64,000 nt of DNA. Source: a virus (lineage: Duplodnaviria > Caudoviricetes). The position numbers and the translations under genes were made by a program. The DNA lies in the IMG/VR virus record IMGVR_UViG_3300033068_001067, positions 2,312 to 66,311 of that record; one strand, written 5' to 3'. Numbering within the stretch: the stretch's first letter is position 1; each line of letters opens with the position of its first letter. Below, piece by piece: positions 22,101 to 30,764 of this stretch. The notes below the pieces were generated by a model. It saw nothing but the letters and a program-made list of their open reading frames with translations. It was not told the origin of the DNA and searched no databases.

Positions 22101-22168
22101 TGAAAAACGTAAAAATGCCCGATAACTTAGCTAATAAGATAAACGAACTAAAAGCAAAATGTAAGTAA
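16103..22168 (+). CDS. giant putative ejected polyvalent protein (2021 aa) with GNAT-like and protein-kinase-like modules
   Basis: LRKQGIGTKMY acetyl-CoA motif (~19020-19055); GQEQSVY, VTK, DLHLKNV and IDP kinase motifs (~20395-20815); Gly/Ala-rich hydrophobic segments. Confidence 0.7.
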   Translation: MPFDPTKYGLKPKEKQTFDPNKYGLKAVQSQQESDIDISAAKSVATSVGQTAKTAQQTQSANEFPLVFSNRPSSASGDPRKKSPLSKVVVTPKKVPTKAELAEEQAVKEYDKKQFIKAQKDFNETFGNDYKRGDIRKLEGVLDEEKATVKEIASNLKTEAIDNFVKANAKKIGINQVGDEEYWKNFYAEKLESGEYEIGRSDNNKPTLYQTPTALEKTSNFVSNFMKGASLLVSEPIKAVGEIANYLDRKTFSPDAKIENDPLYQLGKWIEEKVASPMEEKYPQLKNDFWTADVPTGFGQIASMMLTAPKSVVQQGVKLMNNAATKSVFRNVLDETAKQTFSAPSILGTLTMASGEYEQAQQAAVEARKYSKDEYIALKSQSGANLDDLEAEYDYLVSKSPEDIGMELFLKTIPSGAIEMVTVSRLFKRLNESTRGSVAQTINKFGVGGFEGGVEGFVQESLQTAYSNATAQQTYDRTRDILEGVVRSGETGGFVQGLLSAMINALGGKMKAAVTPNQKATIQKAIDEVTETIDNYEENVNALEKQVNSPNVSVQMPTTQQKGVQGVTEIGKPYYEKDGVVITKKEATDLINSNDTENLTIAYDPKLQTKLEQQGGVSKGAEKKTGAKVILPTAMPPNQVVTVGEPKPTTNAQTQEEANKPIIQTNEGGTVVDESVAPKEVSPAKEVVGETVQPTEQEVTTPTVSGEGGGDIKSGLKSTEGSTSEQKSSDIGGMKEVALKKIADLEDIAVKTQSDYYKEKIAEEKEQYSQKKKFNQPDKLEVGDVITDYNNGRGFENRVIRKVTKNSDGSYSVVWQTIGRNATYQTDFNQKTIGTRTIWSMGDTKAYKETLPEIPLNKRKGFIKDPFVEQPKSETPTPTRPTVSGERSRVIAKLKSDGYDIGDGIKIKSEGGNDGATTVTQFSFEKDGKKIGYLRTVDAKRFYKDSNNFPSNYDYYVVDDGIRNAGVEIYDETLRKQGIGTKMYESAQEYLQKQNQNARLISSSQYGQTEASYKLWKKLYREGKAEIIYKEPESGNLKYGEDIGRDYGRGGGEPNGVIYDGNVYALKQKQQPKSQTPTPTQESTTTVGLSEYEKSGSKILKNNGVDGLSDWLANQPLLGGFNQIRGIANKAGIKFPQTEKDFDIEVKKVGGVDVYMKQLKFSDFYNYFIGISDYSPREFYEKKNTQIDTEISKINEWKDNPQKHIDFVSKRTGYKKVTESNKNKIGNRDYSDKIGQYYFSTGASIQFKTANDLVNDFVNKRVSELQKTKKSEDFIKSEESKVSKIKAELKSESTTTVDKGGDKVEPTTETTSSEKIEPTTQSKEDTEQAIEVEEQKELSLQNQTETDESDTVLKRLLPTEEQGRNTSGEINALAATFLSRLHERIESIYGKDSAEKNSIANEEEKYLEDFAKSLDIWVDDADTKFGEFFDKGQEQSVYIDDTKGNVTTVTKLNDGSLSPNWLTFLDRLAIHNTYFPSTAYTLKGFGKTKDGSFVAIVDQPYIKPNPTTEENVVAYMKGRGFELLSKYDDSLIGTVEEKRSFINKDTGVIVEDLHLKNVFEDESGNMFVIDPVISLDTPEKGYGGTRKSTNKITSITSQSKTKEYGKGQKEGRQELLTQEQPKESGDKKPLSLSERARSKAKEVREKGYNEAFGLPHVKPKIGDRIAGFGGKSLDEAIAKAMELFAAALDGTQETIEDIRAALDKGLEPLLDYYKKNTKRFDEEKVRDRFIKNMVEDETIREQLKEKPKEKTKAEKQISDAEHLAIISGNGKLVSEENSDKIYKQLTAETSQDVEQQTVDGYINPADLKTMQQQADEDTKALKESIEKAETQGRDWVDVFLDSTAENFAAVARGGELVMPINMVRFIGVSNNIAAILSQRKQQASNQDEIVSIDAKRKKLHDLINEGSRGTSLALNARRNLRNLFELATTVDVDLKVAATVLPPDMVKKVDNVAKAISEKMTDAELNQATAETDTDTKPKPTPKKAKAKPTKVNKRFRDYLKNVKMPDNLANKINELKAKCK
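18205..19994. repeat. chained direct repeats bounding internal modules
   Basis: 19 bp at 18205/18742; 31 bp (1 mismatch) at 18708/19311; 19 bp at 19346/19976. Confidence 0.85.
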
Positions 22169-25100
22169 TGGCAATTAAAATAAACTGTTTACTAAGTAAC
22201 ACCCCTTACTATGAAGATATAAAAAGTGCTATTATGTACTTTGCTAATGAGATGTTGGATAACGACAAACAACCAACAGTACAAGCACTATACAATAAAG
22301 CAAGAAAAGGTGGTGTAGAAATTGATAAGAATAGTTTTGCCTATGCTTACAATCAAGCATTTGGGCAAGCCGATGATACAGCATTTTCGACAACGGATGA
22401 AGTGAACGAATGGGCTGGCGAAGAATACAAAAAACTACTCAAAGAAACAGTTGATGCAGCATTAGGCGAAGCCCCAAAACAGAAAGAAATAGGTTCTTTA
22501 TCTCCCGAACAATCGGTAGTAAAAACAATAGCCAAGTTGTTTTCTATGAATAGTACCGATGCAGCCCCCGCTACCAAAACAATAATGAGGGAGATGCAAG
22601 ATATTATGACTAAGTGGGCTAAGTCTAAAACTGAAAGTAAAAGCAAAGCGACACCTTCTATATTTGAAACACTTACTGATTTTTTCAACTTACAAGAAAA
22701 AGGATTTGAGACACTACAAGGCACTATCAACAACCTTGAAACACTACACTTTGAAATCAAAAAATCTATCCGTGAATTTGTAAAAGACTTAGATGCGGCC
22801 GCTACGGATAAAATGACAGAGATAGAAAAAGAACAGTTGATTGATAGCTATGACGAGTACACCAAAGAACTAATGAACTCCGTTTATGACATTGTTTTAT
22901 CTAAGGGTGAACAAGCAAGGTTACTAAATGAAATGCTAAAGCAAGAGGGATTAGTAATAGGTGACGGTAACTTCTTAGACAAAAACGGTAACATAAGTTG
23001 GAGTAAAGTAGGTGGTGAAAATGGCGACCCTAAATTAGTAAAGGCAAAAGTGAAAGAACTTTTAATGGATGGCGTAAAAGACGAACAAGGTAAAACCGTA
23101 AAATACAACGAACAACAAGCCACTCAATTAGCAGAATATTTTGAAAGGATTTACACTAAGAAACGAAACGATGTAATTGAGAACAGGATAAACAAAGCCA
23201 ATACACCTATTGCAAAAAATCCGAAAGCGGCAATTATTGCATCATTTATGGATTCATTAGAGTGGGGGCAACTTGTAGAACAATTTAAAATAGATGCTTT
23301 AAACAACAACAACGCAACAATAAGTGATTTGAAAGATAAGTTGGAAGAATACATTAACAACGACCCAATGCTTTCGGTATTGCCCGAATCTTATAAAAAA
23401 GAAGTGATTGATAAGTTTGAAAAAATAGCAACAGCAAAAGGGCAACCCAATAAAACCTTATTGAAAAACACAAAAGCAACTATCATTTCTTCATTCATTC
23501 AATCATTAGGTGAATTTAAAATATCAAGAAACGCAAAAGGAGATGATATAACCACAACAGATTGGAAGCGACTAATAAATAAGTTTAGAACCGATGCTTT
23601 AAATAACAACCAAGCAACCGTTAATGATTTAAGAACAAGATTAGCCGAATACATTAATAGCGACACAAAACTTTCAACGCTACCAAAAAGCTATATCAAT
23701 GAAGTTTTAACCCAATTTGAAAAAATAGCATTAGCAAAAATGAAAGGCAAAGCAGCTAAAAGAACTGCTATTGATAAGCTAATGAATTTTGCAGACTTAA
23801 ATAAAGGCAACGCTTTTAATGCAGAAACAAACGCTGCATTATTAGAAACTTTAGATATATCCGAGATAGACCAAGAAACATTAGTAAGGGTACAAGCATT
23901 GGCACAAGCCATGTCGCAACTTAATAAAGGTGGGCTATCCCCAACAAGTATGCAATATTTGCAAGACTTTATTCATTTTAATACCCAAAAATTAGTTACT
24001 AAGAATATTAGAAACAAGTCATTCTTAGCTTCGTTTTTAAATGCGATAGGGGCTAACTTAAAGGCTATTGCTACAAGTTTTCTTATTGCACCAATATCTA
24101 TTTCAGAAAACATAACAACATCATTAGGCACATCATTAGGGCAAACTGCGGCACTTGCTAAGAGAGGACAATTTGGTACACAATCAGTATTAGAATATTT
24201 CAGAGGATTTTTGACAGGGGCTTTTGATATTGGAGAAGCCAATATGGACTATGACAGAATTATTAGAAATACCCTACCATCATCCGATAGTTACAATATA
24301 GCTACATTTTTAAAAAGCTATGCTAATTTGTTCACAGAACCAAGTTGGCAAAAAGGTGGGGAAGCATTTTTACAAACTATTGGTAGCGTAGCAGCAGTAG
24401 TAAATAGTTTAGGGAAAGTAGTTCTTAATGCTTTTGATAATGCAGCAGTGAGTGCTATGTTTTACAAAGGTACAATGATAGGCTTGTACGATAATGTAGA
24501 AAAGTACTATGGGAAAGATGAAGCAATGAGAGTACTAAAAGGGGTCAAGGGCATGAAGAACAATCAAGTGGTACAAGATTACATTGATGCTAACTTACCT
24601 ACATTAATTGCTACGGTAGAACAAGGGTTAGGCAAAAAACTAAATGTTTTACAAAGAGCAAACATTAAAAGCGACCTAAAAAGAAAAGCTATTGAGATAG
24701 TATTGATGGATAGCAACTTGCCAAACATGACCGAAGATTTAGCTGCATTAATAGTAAACGATGCAATTATTTCGGGGATGAAAATGGCTAAGATATTTAA
24801 CGGTAAGCAAAACATGATACAAGAAGGTGTATTAGGTGCGCCAACTAATTCATTATATAAAGGGGCAGAAGCATTAAGGGCTGTACCAACTACACTTTAC
24901 GAAAGAGGGGAAAAGAATATTAAAGAAGGTAAAGTATTAAAAGGCAGTACAATACAATTAGCGGGTGATTATTCTTCATTCTTTAGTGGGCTATTTGCTT
25001 ATGGTATTTCAAGGTTTTTAGTGTTAGGTAAAACAGCAATACCCGGAGTTGGGTTAATGGATTACTATGGTACAAGGTCAGCACTAAAAGACTTAGAAGC

Positions 25101-25848
25101 AAAAAACCCATTACTAAAATCAAAGGATGCAGCACAAAGACAAAACATAGATGCTACCGAAAGACAAAAATACGATGCAGCAAAACAACAATCAGAACAA
25201 ATACTTATTAGACAGTTAGGTGGTTTTGTTTTATTGGCAGCGATGGTAGCATTAAAAGCAGTAAAGCCACCCGAAGAAGATGAAAACTATTGGGATAAAA
25301 TATTTGATAGGTTAATGGAAACAAGAGAGGGTAGAAAGATAGTTAGAAGGCTGCTTACTATCCCTATGAGTGCTATTGAATATGGCGAAAAAGTAAAAGA
25401 ACAAAGCGAAAATTATTACGGCAGTAAAAGTGAAAATTACAGAGAAGCAGAGAAGATAGCATTGGAGTATTTAGAAAATACAGTAACCCAAGACAATAGC
25501 CAATCTTTGCCAATTGAAATAATAAGTGCAATGAAGTATGCTAAGTCTGGACAAAAATCAGAAGCAGCACAAAGGGCTTTTATGAATAAACTTTTCCCAA
25601 GCTATGACATTAACTTTGATGAAAAGATAACCAAAACCATGAACACCTTAAATGGTGTAATAAGCGGGGATTTACAAATGAACAAACTAAACGAAGAAAC
25701 CCAAAAAGAAATATACCGAGCAATAAACACAGGTGAAGGATTTTATTGGTTTGCTAATGAATGGTTAAGATTAGGTTTATTTGAAAGTGCAACAAGAAGA
25801 AAAGAAAAAGGTATATTAGATAACAGGTTCGCAGAACCTAAAAAATAA
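22168..25848 (+). CDS. large putative ejected/cargo virion protein (1226 aa) with internal duplication
   Basis: Helical; repeated DALNNN.AT..DL...L.EYIN.D..LS.LP.SY..EV...FEKIA.AK unit; Gly/Ala hydrophobic segments. Confidence 0.55.
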   Translation: MAIKINCLLSNTPYYEDIKSAIMYFANEMLDNDKQPTVQALYNKARKGGVEIDKNSFAYAYNQAFGQADDTAFSTTDEVNEWAGEEYKKLLKETVDAALGEAPKQKEIGSLSPEQSVVKTIAKLFSMNSTDAAPATKTIMREMQDIMTKWAKSKTESKSKATPSIFETLTDFFNLQEKGFETLQGTINNLETLHFEIKKSIREFVKDLDAAATDKMTEIEKEQLIDSYDEYTKELMNSVYDIVLSKGEQARLLNEMLKQEGLVIGDGNFLDKNGNISWSKVGGENGDPKLVKAKVKELLMDGVKDEQGKTVKYNEQQATQLAEYFERIYTKKRNDVIENRINKANTPIAKNPKAAIIASFMDSLEWGQLVEQFKIDALNNNNATISDLKDKLEEYINNDPMLSVLPESYKKEVIDKFEKIATAKGQPNKTLLKNTKATIISSFIQSLGEFKISRNAKGDDITTTDWKRLINKFRTDALNNNQATVNDLRTRLAEYINSDTKLSTLPKSYINEVLTQFEKIALAKMKGKAAKRTAIDKLMNFADLNKGNAFNAETNAALLETLDISEIDQETLVRVQALAQAMSQLNKGGLSPTSMQYLQDFIHFNTQKLVTKNIRNKSFLASFLNAIGANLKAIATSFLIAPISISENITTSLGTSLGQTAALAKRGQFGTQSVLEYFRGFLTGAFDIGEANMDYDRIIRNTLPSSDSYNIATFLKSYANLFTEPSWQKGGEAFLQTIGSVAAVVNSLGKVVLNAFDNAAVSAMFYKGTMIGLYDNVEKYYGKDEAMRVLKGVKGMKNNQVVQDYIDANLPTLIATVEQGLGKKLNVLQRANIKSDLKRKAIEIVLMDSNLPNMTEDLAALIVNDAIISGMKMAKIFNGKQNMIQEGVLGAPTNSLYKGAEALRAVPTTLYERGEKNIKEGKVLKGSTIQLAGDYSSFFSGLFAYGISRFLVLGKTAIPGVGLMDYYGTRSALKDLEAKNPLLKSKDAAQRQNIDATERQKYDAAKQQSEQILIRQLGGFVLLAAMVALKAVKPPEEDENYWDKIFDRLMETREGRKIVRRLLTIPMSAIEYGEKVKEQSENYYGSKSENYREAEKIALEYLENTVTQDNSQSLPIEIISAMKYAKSGQKSEAAQRAFMNKLFPSYDINFDEKITKTMNTLNGVISGDLQMNKLNEETQKEIYRAINTGEGFYWFANEWLRLGLFESATRRKEKGILDNRFAEPKK

Positions 25849-25854
25849 ACATTT

Positions 25855-26175
25855 ATGGATTTAGAGAAACAACTAGAATATCTAAAAAGCAAAGTACAGT
25901 TGTACGAACAGAACGGTGCAGCTAAATTATTCTATGCCCTAAATAGAAAGGCTAATGAAATGGCTGATTTGTTAAACAAAACAAACCTAACCACACTTAC
26001 ACTTGAAGACCCAAAAGATAAAACTTTTGAAAGATTAAAAGTAATTTGGAATGACAGTTCAAGCATTGCAGTAGCAATTAAAGATTTGGGCATGTCGGCA
26101 GGGGTAACGGGTGATGAAGACAGGGATATTTCTAAAAAACCATTTGTTGATACAATCGCAGAAACAAGGAGGTAA
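25855..26175 (+). CDS. hypothetical protein, possible terminase small subunit
   Basis: Position upstream of terL only. Confidence 0.4.
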   Translation: MDLEKQLEYLKSKVQLYEQNGAAKLFYALNRKANEMADLLNKTNLTTLTLEDPKDKTFERLKVIWNDSSSIAVAIKDLGMSAGVTGDEDRDISKKPFVDTIAETRR

Positions 26176-26176
26176 C

Positions 26177-26731
26177 ATGGAAGTTTGGAAAGATATACAA
26201 AACTATGAAGGCTTATATCAAGTTTCTAATCTTGGTAGAATAAAAGCATTAGCTAAAACTTATAGAACGGGTGAATATTATGGAGAAAGGTATCAACCCG
26301 AAAAAATAATAAAGCCATTTAGTAATTACAGATACTTATGCGTAGATTTAAATAAAAATGCAGTAAGCAAAAAACATAGAGTACATAGAATAGTTGCTAT
26401 TACTTTTTTAGAAAACCCCAATAATTTAAGTGAAGTCAATCACATAAATGGTGATAAATTTGATAATAGAGCCGAAAACTTAGAGTGGTGTACTAGAAGC
26501 CATAACCAATTACATGCGTACAGTATTGGGCTGCAAAAAGTAAAACATGGTGCTGAATTAACATGGTCTAAACGAGTTGTAGATACTAATACTAACGTAA
26601 TTTATGAAACAATATCAGAAGCCGCTACATCTTGCAATGTTAGTGTAGCTTCTTTATCGAGATACTTAAATGGGGTAAGGCAAAATAAAACATCAATGAG
26701 ATTTTATGACGAAACACATTTACGGGGTTGA
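26177..26731 (+). CDS. NUMOD4-HNH homing endonuclease
   Basis: EVWKDIQNYEGLYQVSNLGRIK (NUMOD4); VHRIVA...VNHINGDKFDNRAENLEWCT (HNH). Start moved to MEVW. Confidence 0.9.
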   Translation: MEVWKDIQNYEGLYQVSNLGRIKALAKTYRTGEYYGERYQPEKIIKPFSNYRYLCVDLNKNAVSKKHRVHRIVAITFLENPNNLSEVNHINGDKFDNRAENLEWCTRSHNQLHAYSIGLQKVKHGAELTWSKRVVDTNTNVIYETISEAATSCNVSVASLSRYLNGVRQNKTSMRFYDETHLRG

Positions 26732-28739
26732 TGTTAAAATACCCGAATTAAAAGATGGTGAATATATAGAAGATTGGGGGTATCCCGATACCCCTTCAAT
26801 GCAGTTTTGGAGACGTATAGAACTGCCATCTTTCTTTTCTAAAGTAGATTTTGATTCAGACGGGAATGCACTTTTATCATACGAACAAAGAGAATATGCG
26901 CAAGAACAAGTAAGAAGATGCAAGATTGGGTTTACTTTTTATAATAACGGGACACCTGTTTACATACCGGGCAAGTACTACTTTTATTTAAACTTTTGGA
27001 AACTAGAAGATGATGTTTACCCTGATTTTAGGATGGCGGATAGAGACTATTTTTTGTTTTTAGACCATTGGGAAAAGGTATCATGGTGCTTAGGGCTTAT
27101 TAGAGGTAAGAGAAGAAGGCTTGGGGCAACATCACAAGCAGCATCTAATCTTATTTATGAATGTATTTTTTATAAAAATAGCATTTGCGGTTTAACTTCA
27201 AAATCCCAAATAGACGCTAAATCAGCCTTTACAAACATGGTGGCGTTTGGGTATAGACAATTACCAGTATTCTTAAAACCAAAACAGTTAAATAATAAGG
27301 ATAGCGTAACAGAACTTGTATTTAGGAACAAATCAATGACCGTTAAAAACGGCATGGGGAGTGTTATTGATACAGACACGGGGCATAGGTCTAAATTAGA
27401 TTATAGGTCGCCAACACTAAATGCGTACGATTCAGGAAGGTGTTCCCGACTACTGATTGACGAAGGAGGGAAGTTCCCGAAAGAAGTACCGTTCTCTACA
27501 TTTATATCTATTGTGTCAAAAACATTAGTTCAAGGTATAAAAAGAGTGGGTTTTATGGAATGCCCTTCTACTACTAATGCTATGACATCGGGTGGTGGAG
27601 AATTTAAGAATGTTTGGGATGCGGCAGACCATGTAAAAAATGAAAGAACTCCTAACAGATTAGTTAGGTATATGACCCCCGCTTATGATGGGTATTTAGG
27701 TTTTATTGACAAATACGGTAATAGTGTTATAGACCCGCCAAATGAAGAACAGTATAAGTATTTGGTAGAAAACTTTGTTGGGATAGGCGACCTTACAGAA
27801 GAAGATGTAAAATTAGGTGCTAGACAGTATCTAATAAATAAAAGAAAGCAATTAGAGGGGTCGCTTTTGGAAGAAGAAATAAGGATGAACCCATTTGATG
27901 AAAATGAGATGTTCAAAAGTGCAATAGGGGGTGGGCATTTTGATAATATATTTTTAGGAGAACTTTACACATCAGCTAGTGTAATGGAGAAAGAAGTATT
28001 AGAGTACGGTATTTTTTCATGGGAGAATAACGAACCTTTTACAAAAGCAATATGGCATACAACAAGTAAAGAAGCAGGTAGATGGGTTAAGCCAAAAGAC
28101 TTTAAGTTCCCCGAAAATGAAACAGTAAAATGGGTAGGTAATCATGCAAAACCACAAAATGTAATACAGTTTATTAGCGCATGTGACCCATTCCAAAATG
28201 ATATTGTAGAATCGGGTAAAGGTTCGTTAGCTAGTTCTGCTGTTTTGAATAGAGCAGAGAATGGCACTAATGATGAGATTTACGACAAGATGTTTGTATT
28301 GAAATACTTGTACCGACCTGCAACGGCAGCAATGTTTCACATGGATATGGCATTACAATGTTTTGCATTTGGGTGTAGGTTATTACCCGAAGCTAAAATG
28401 GATGGCGGGTTGCGGAAGTTTTTTATAGATAATTGGTTAGAACCATTTTTAATTAGGCTACCCGATAAATCAAATTATGGTATAGACCCGAATGAGGATA
28501 ATAAGACCATAATGATTAACATTTGGGAACAATATATTTTAACCGAAGGTAGAAAAGGCAAATTAATATACCCATCTTTGATAGACCAACTAATGCGATT
28601 TGATAGACACAATACAGAGAAATTTGACGAAGTGATGGGATGCGGATGGACATTGGTTGCGGATTATTACAATAAAGCAAACTTTAGAAAAAAGACAGAC
28701 AGCATTGATATAACCCATTACTTTAAACGTACAGCATGA
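26706..28739 (+). CDS. terL: terminase large subunit
   Basis: GKRRRLGAT Walker A-like motif; LLIDEGGK Walker B; acidic C-terminal nuclease motifs (ACDPF, KFDEVM). Confidence 0.88.
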   Translation: MTKHIYGVDVKIPELKDGEYIEDWGYPDTPSMQFWRRIELPSFFSKVDFDSDGNALLSYEQREYAQEQVRRCKIGFTFYNNGTPVYIPGKYYFYLNFWKLEDDVYPDFRMADRDYFLFLDHWEKVSWCLGLIRGKRRRLGATSQAASNLIYECIFYKNSICGLTSKSQIDAKSAFTNMVAFGYRQLPVFLKPKQLNNKDSVTELVFRNKSMTVKNGMGSVIDTDTGHRSKLDYRSPTLNAYDSGRCSRLLIDEGGKFPKEVPFSTFISIVSKTLVQGIKRVGFMECPSTTNAMTSGGGEFKNVWDAADHVKNERTPNRLVRYMTPAYDGYLGFIDKYGNSVIDPPNEEQYKYLVENFVGIGDLTEEDVKLGARQYLINKRKQLEGSLLEEEIRMNPFDENEMFKSAIGGGHFDNIFLGELYTSASVMEKEVLEYGIFSWENNEPFTKAIWHTTSKEAGRWVKPKDFKFPENETVKWVGNHAKPQNVIQFISACDPFQNDIVESGKGSLASSAVLNRAENGTNDEIYDKMFVLKYLYRPATAAMFHMDMALQCFAFGCRLLPEAKMDGGLRKFFIDNWLEPFLIRLPDKSNYGIDPNEDNKTIMINIWEQYILTEGRKGKLIYPSLIDQLMRFDRHNTEKFDEVMGCGWTLVADYYNKANFRKKTDSIDITHYFKRTA

Positions 28740-29374
28740 GTTGGACTTCATTTTTTGATAGGATATTTGTAGTTAATTTACCCACAAGAAATGATAGGTT
28801 ATTAGCTACAATGAATGAGTTAAATAAGTTTAATATACCCTTTAGTTTAGTAGAAGCAATAAGCCATGATAAAGGTGCAGAAGGATTAAAAATAACCATG
28901 CTAAAACTATTTAATGAATGTATTAATGCAGGGTATAAAAACATATTAGTGTTTGAAGATGATGTAGAATTTGTATCGGATAAAGTAAATGAAACAATGG
29001 ATTTAGCCGTACAACAACTACCCGAAAATTACCATATTCTTTATTTAGGATGCCAACCTACACATGGTTATCCAAGATTTTATTCAGATAATTTACTCCC
29101 CGTAACAGGGGCTTTTGCCACACATGCTTGTGGATATAGTTTGTTAGCAATGAAAAGTTTAGTAGCTTTGGACATGCAAGCCCCAATAGATAACTTTATA
29201 GTTAGGGTGCTGCAACCCGAAAACAAGTGCTATCAAACATACCCGTTCCTTGCATCTCAAAGAGAAGGATTTAGTGATATTGGTAAAGCGGAGATTAGTT
29301 GGAAACCTTTTTTAGAAGTAAGGCACAAACAGAAAATAGCCGAGATGAAACAAAAAGGAAGATTTAACCATTGA
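28736..29374 (+). CDS. glycosyltransferase family 25-like
   Basis: IFVVNLPTRNDRL...ILVFEDDVEF...ATHAC. Confidence 0.75.
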   Translation: MSWTSFFDRIFVVNLPTRNDRLLATMNELNKFNIPFSLVEAISHDKGAEGLKITMLKLFNECINAGYKNILVFEDDVEFVSDKVNETMDLAVQQLPENYHILYLGCQPTHGYPRFYSDNLLPVTGAFATHACGYSLLAMKSLVALDMQAPIDNFIVRVLQPENKCYQTYPFLASQREGFSDIGKAEISWKPFLEVRHKQKIAEMKQKGRFNH

Positions 29375-29375
29375 T

Positions 29376-30074
29376 ATGAACCAAATATCCATCTGCACGC
29401 CTACATTTAACCGTACAAGTTTGCTTATTGATAGTTTTAAGCAAGTGTATGACGATGAGAGAATAGGCGAAATTATTATCGTTGATGATTGTAGCGATTT
29501 AGCTATCTACAACCTAGTGGGTGAAATACTATCCCACTACCCCAAAGTAAAATACTTTAGAAACGAACAGAACAAAGACTGCTATAAAAATAAATGCGAG
29601 ACGGTAAAGAAAGCATCTAATGAATATGTCATTCTTTTTGACAGCGACAACGAACTAACTACCGATTACATAGATGTTATCTATAACCAAACATGGAGTG
29701 ATGATGTAATTTTACAACCAACTTTCGCAAAGCCTTTATTTGATTTTAGAAAATATGCAGGGCTTTATATCCACAAAAATAATGTAGCAGAATACATAGG
29801 CAAACCAATGTTTGACACAGCTTTAAACGCTTGCAATTACTTTATCAATAGAGATAAATACCTACAAACATTTGACGACACAATAGACCCCGTAACTGCT
29901 GATAGTATTTACTTCAACTACTGTTGGTTAAAAAACAACAACATCATACACTTCGTAAAAAACTTAGAATATAGCCACAGGGTTCATGATGGCAGCCACT
30001 ACAAAAACAATGTAGCAAGAACACCAAATGGATTTTATGAAAGCATTATTAACAATCTAAAGCAATTAAAATGA
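29376..30074 (+). CDS. glycosyltransferase family 2 (GT-A)
   Basis: ISICTPTFNR...IIIVDDCS...VILFDSDN DxD motif. Confidence 0.85.
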   Translation: MNQISICTPTFNRTSLLIDSFKQVYDDERIGEIIIVDDCSDLAIYNLVGEILSHYPKVKYFRNEQNKDCYKNKCETVKKASNEYVILFDSDNELTTDYIDVIYNQTWSDDVILQPTFAKPLFDFRKYAGLYIHKNNVAEYIGKPMFDTALNACNYFINRDKYLQTFDDTIDPVTADSIYFNYCWLKNNNIIHFVKNLEYSHRVHDGSHYKNNVARTPNGFYESIINNLKQLK

Positions 30075-30760
30075 AATCAAAGCCTAAAATATCTAAAGAA
30101 TGCAAATGCGGTAATGTGTTTCATGTTCTTCCTTACAGAGAAGGGACAGCTTTTTATTGTAGTGCAAGGTGTAGACAAATTTATAGGGAGTATAAACCTA
30201 ATAGAGGGTCATTTAAGAGTGGGGCTGTCGAATATAAAAGAAGTAGAGCTAACGTACCTATAGTTTGCGGCATATACAAAATAACAAACCCTAATGGGGC
30301 TGTTTATATAGGCGGCTCACGGACTATTTACAGAAGATGGTTAAGGCATAGGGAAGCAAGAAAGAAAATAAAAATACATTTATCAATAAAGCAGTTCGGG
30401 TGGAAGGCACATGAATTTAAAATAATTCATGAACTACCAAAAGATGTAGATAACGATACACTAATAAGATATGAGCAACTTTACATGGACTTATATAGAG
30501 ATTGTGGCAGCAATATGTTAAACGTAAAGGATGCCGGCAGTAAAGCCAAATTCCCACAAGAATCAAAATCTTTAATGAAAGAATCTAATAAAAAGAAGTA
30601 TGCAGTTAAATACAATGGCAATGTGATTGAATTTATAGGGCTAAAACAGTTTTGTATAGATAACAATATTGCAGAAAAAAGCTTTTCAGATTTGATACAT
30701 GCGAATGGTCATTATCGCTCAAAAAATTATTATAAAGGTTATTCAAGATTAAACGATTAA
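30071..30760 (+). CDS. GIY-YIG homing endonuclease with N-terminal Cys zinc-finger
   Basis: CKCG...YCSARC; CGIYKITN...VYIGGS...R...E...N. Confidence 0.85.
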   Translation: MKSKPKISKECKCGNVFHVLPYREGTAFYCSARCRQIYREYKPNRGSFKSGAVEYKRSRANVPIVCGIYKITNPNGAVYIGGSRTIYRRWLRHREARKKIKIHLSIKQFGWKAHEFKIIHELPKDVDNDTLIRYEQLYMDLYRDCGSNMLNVKDAGSKAKFPQESKSLMKESNKKKYAVKYNGNVIEFIGLKQFCIDNNIAEKSFSDLIHANGHYRSKNYYKGYSRLND

Positions 30761-30764
30761 AACT

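Noticed and set aside
16103-25848. crAss-type virion RNA polymerase in the giant proteins
   Set aside because: I found no DxDxD catalytic motif in context; the nearest, KDFDIEV, lacks the third Asp and lies in an inserted module.
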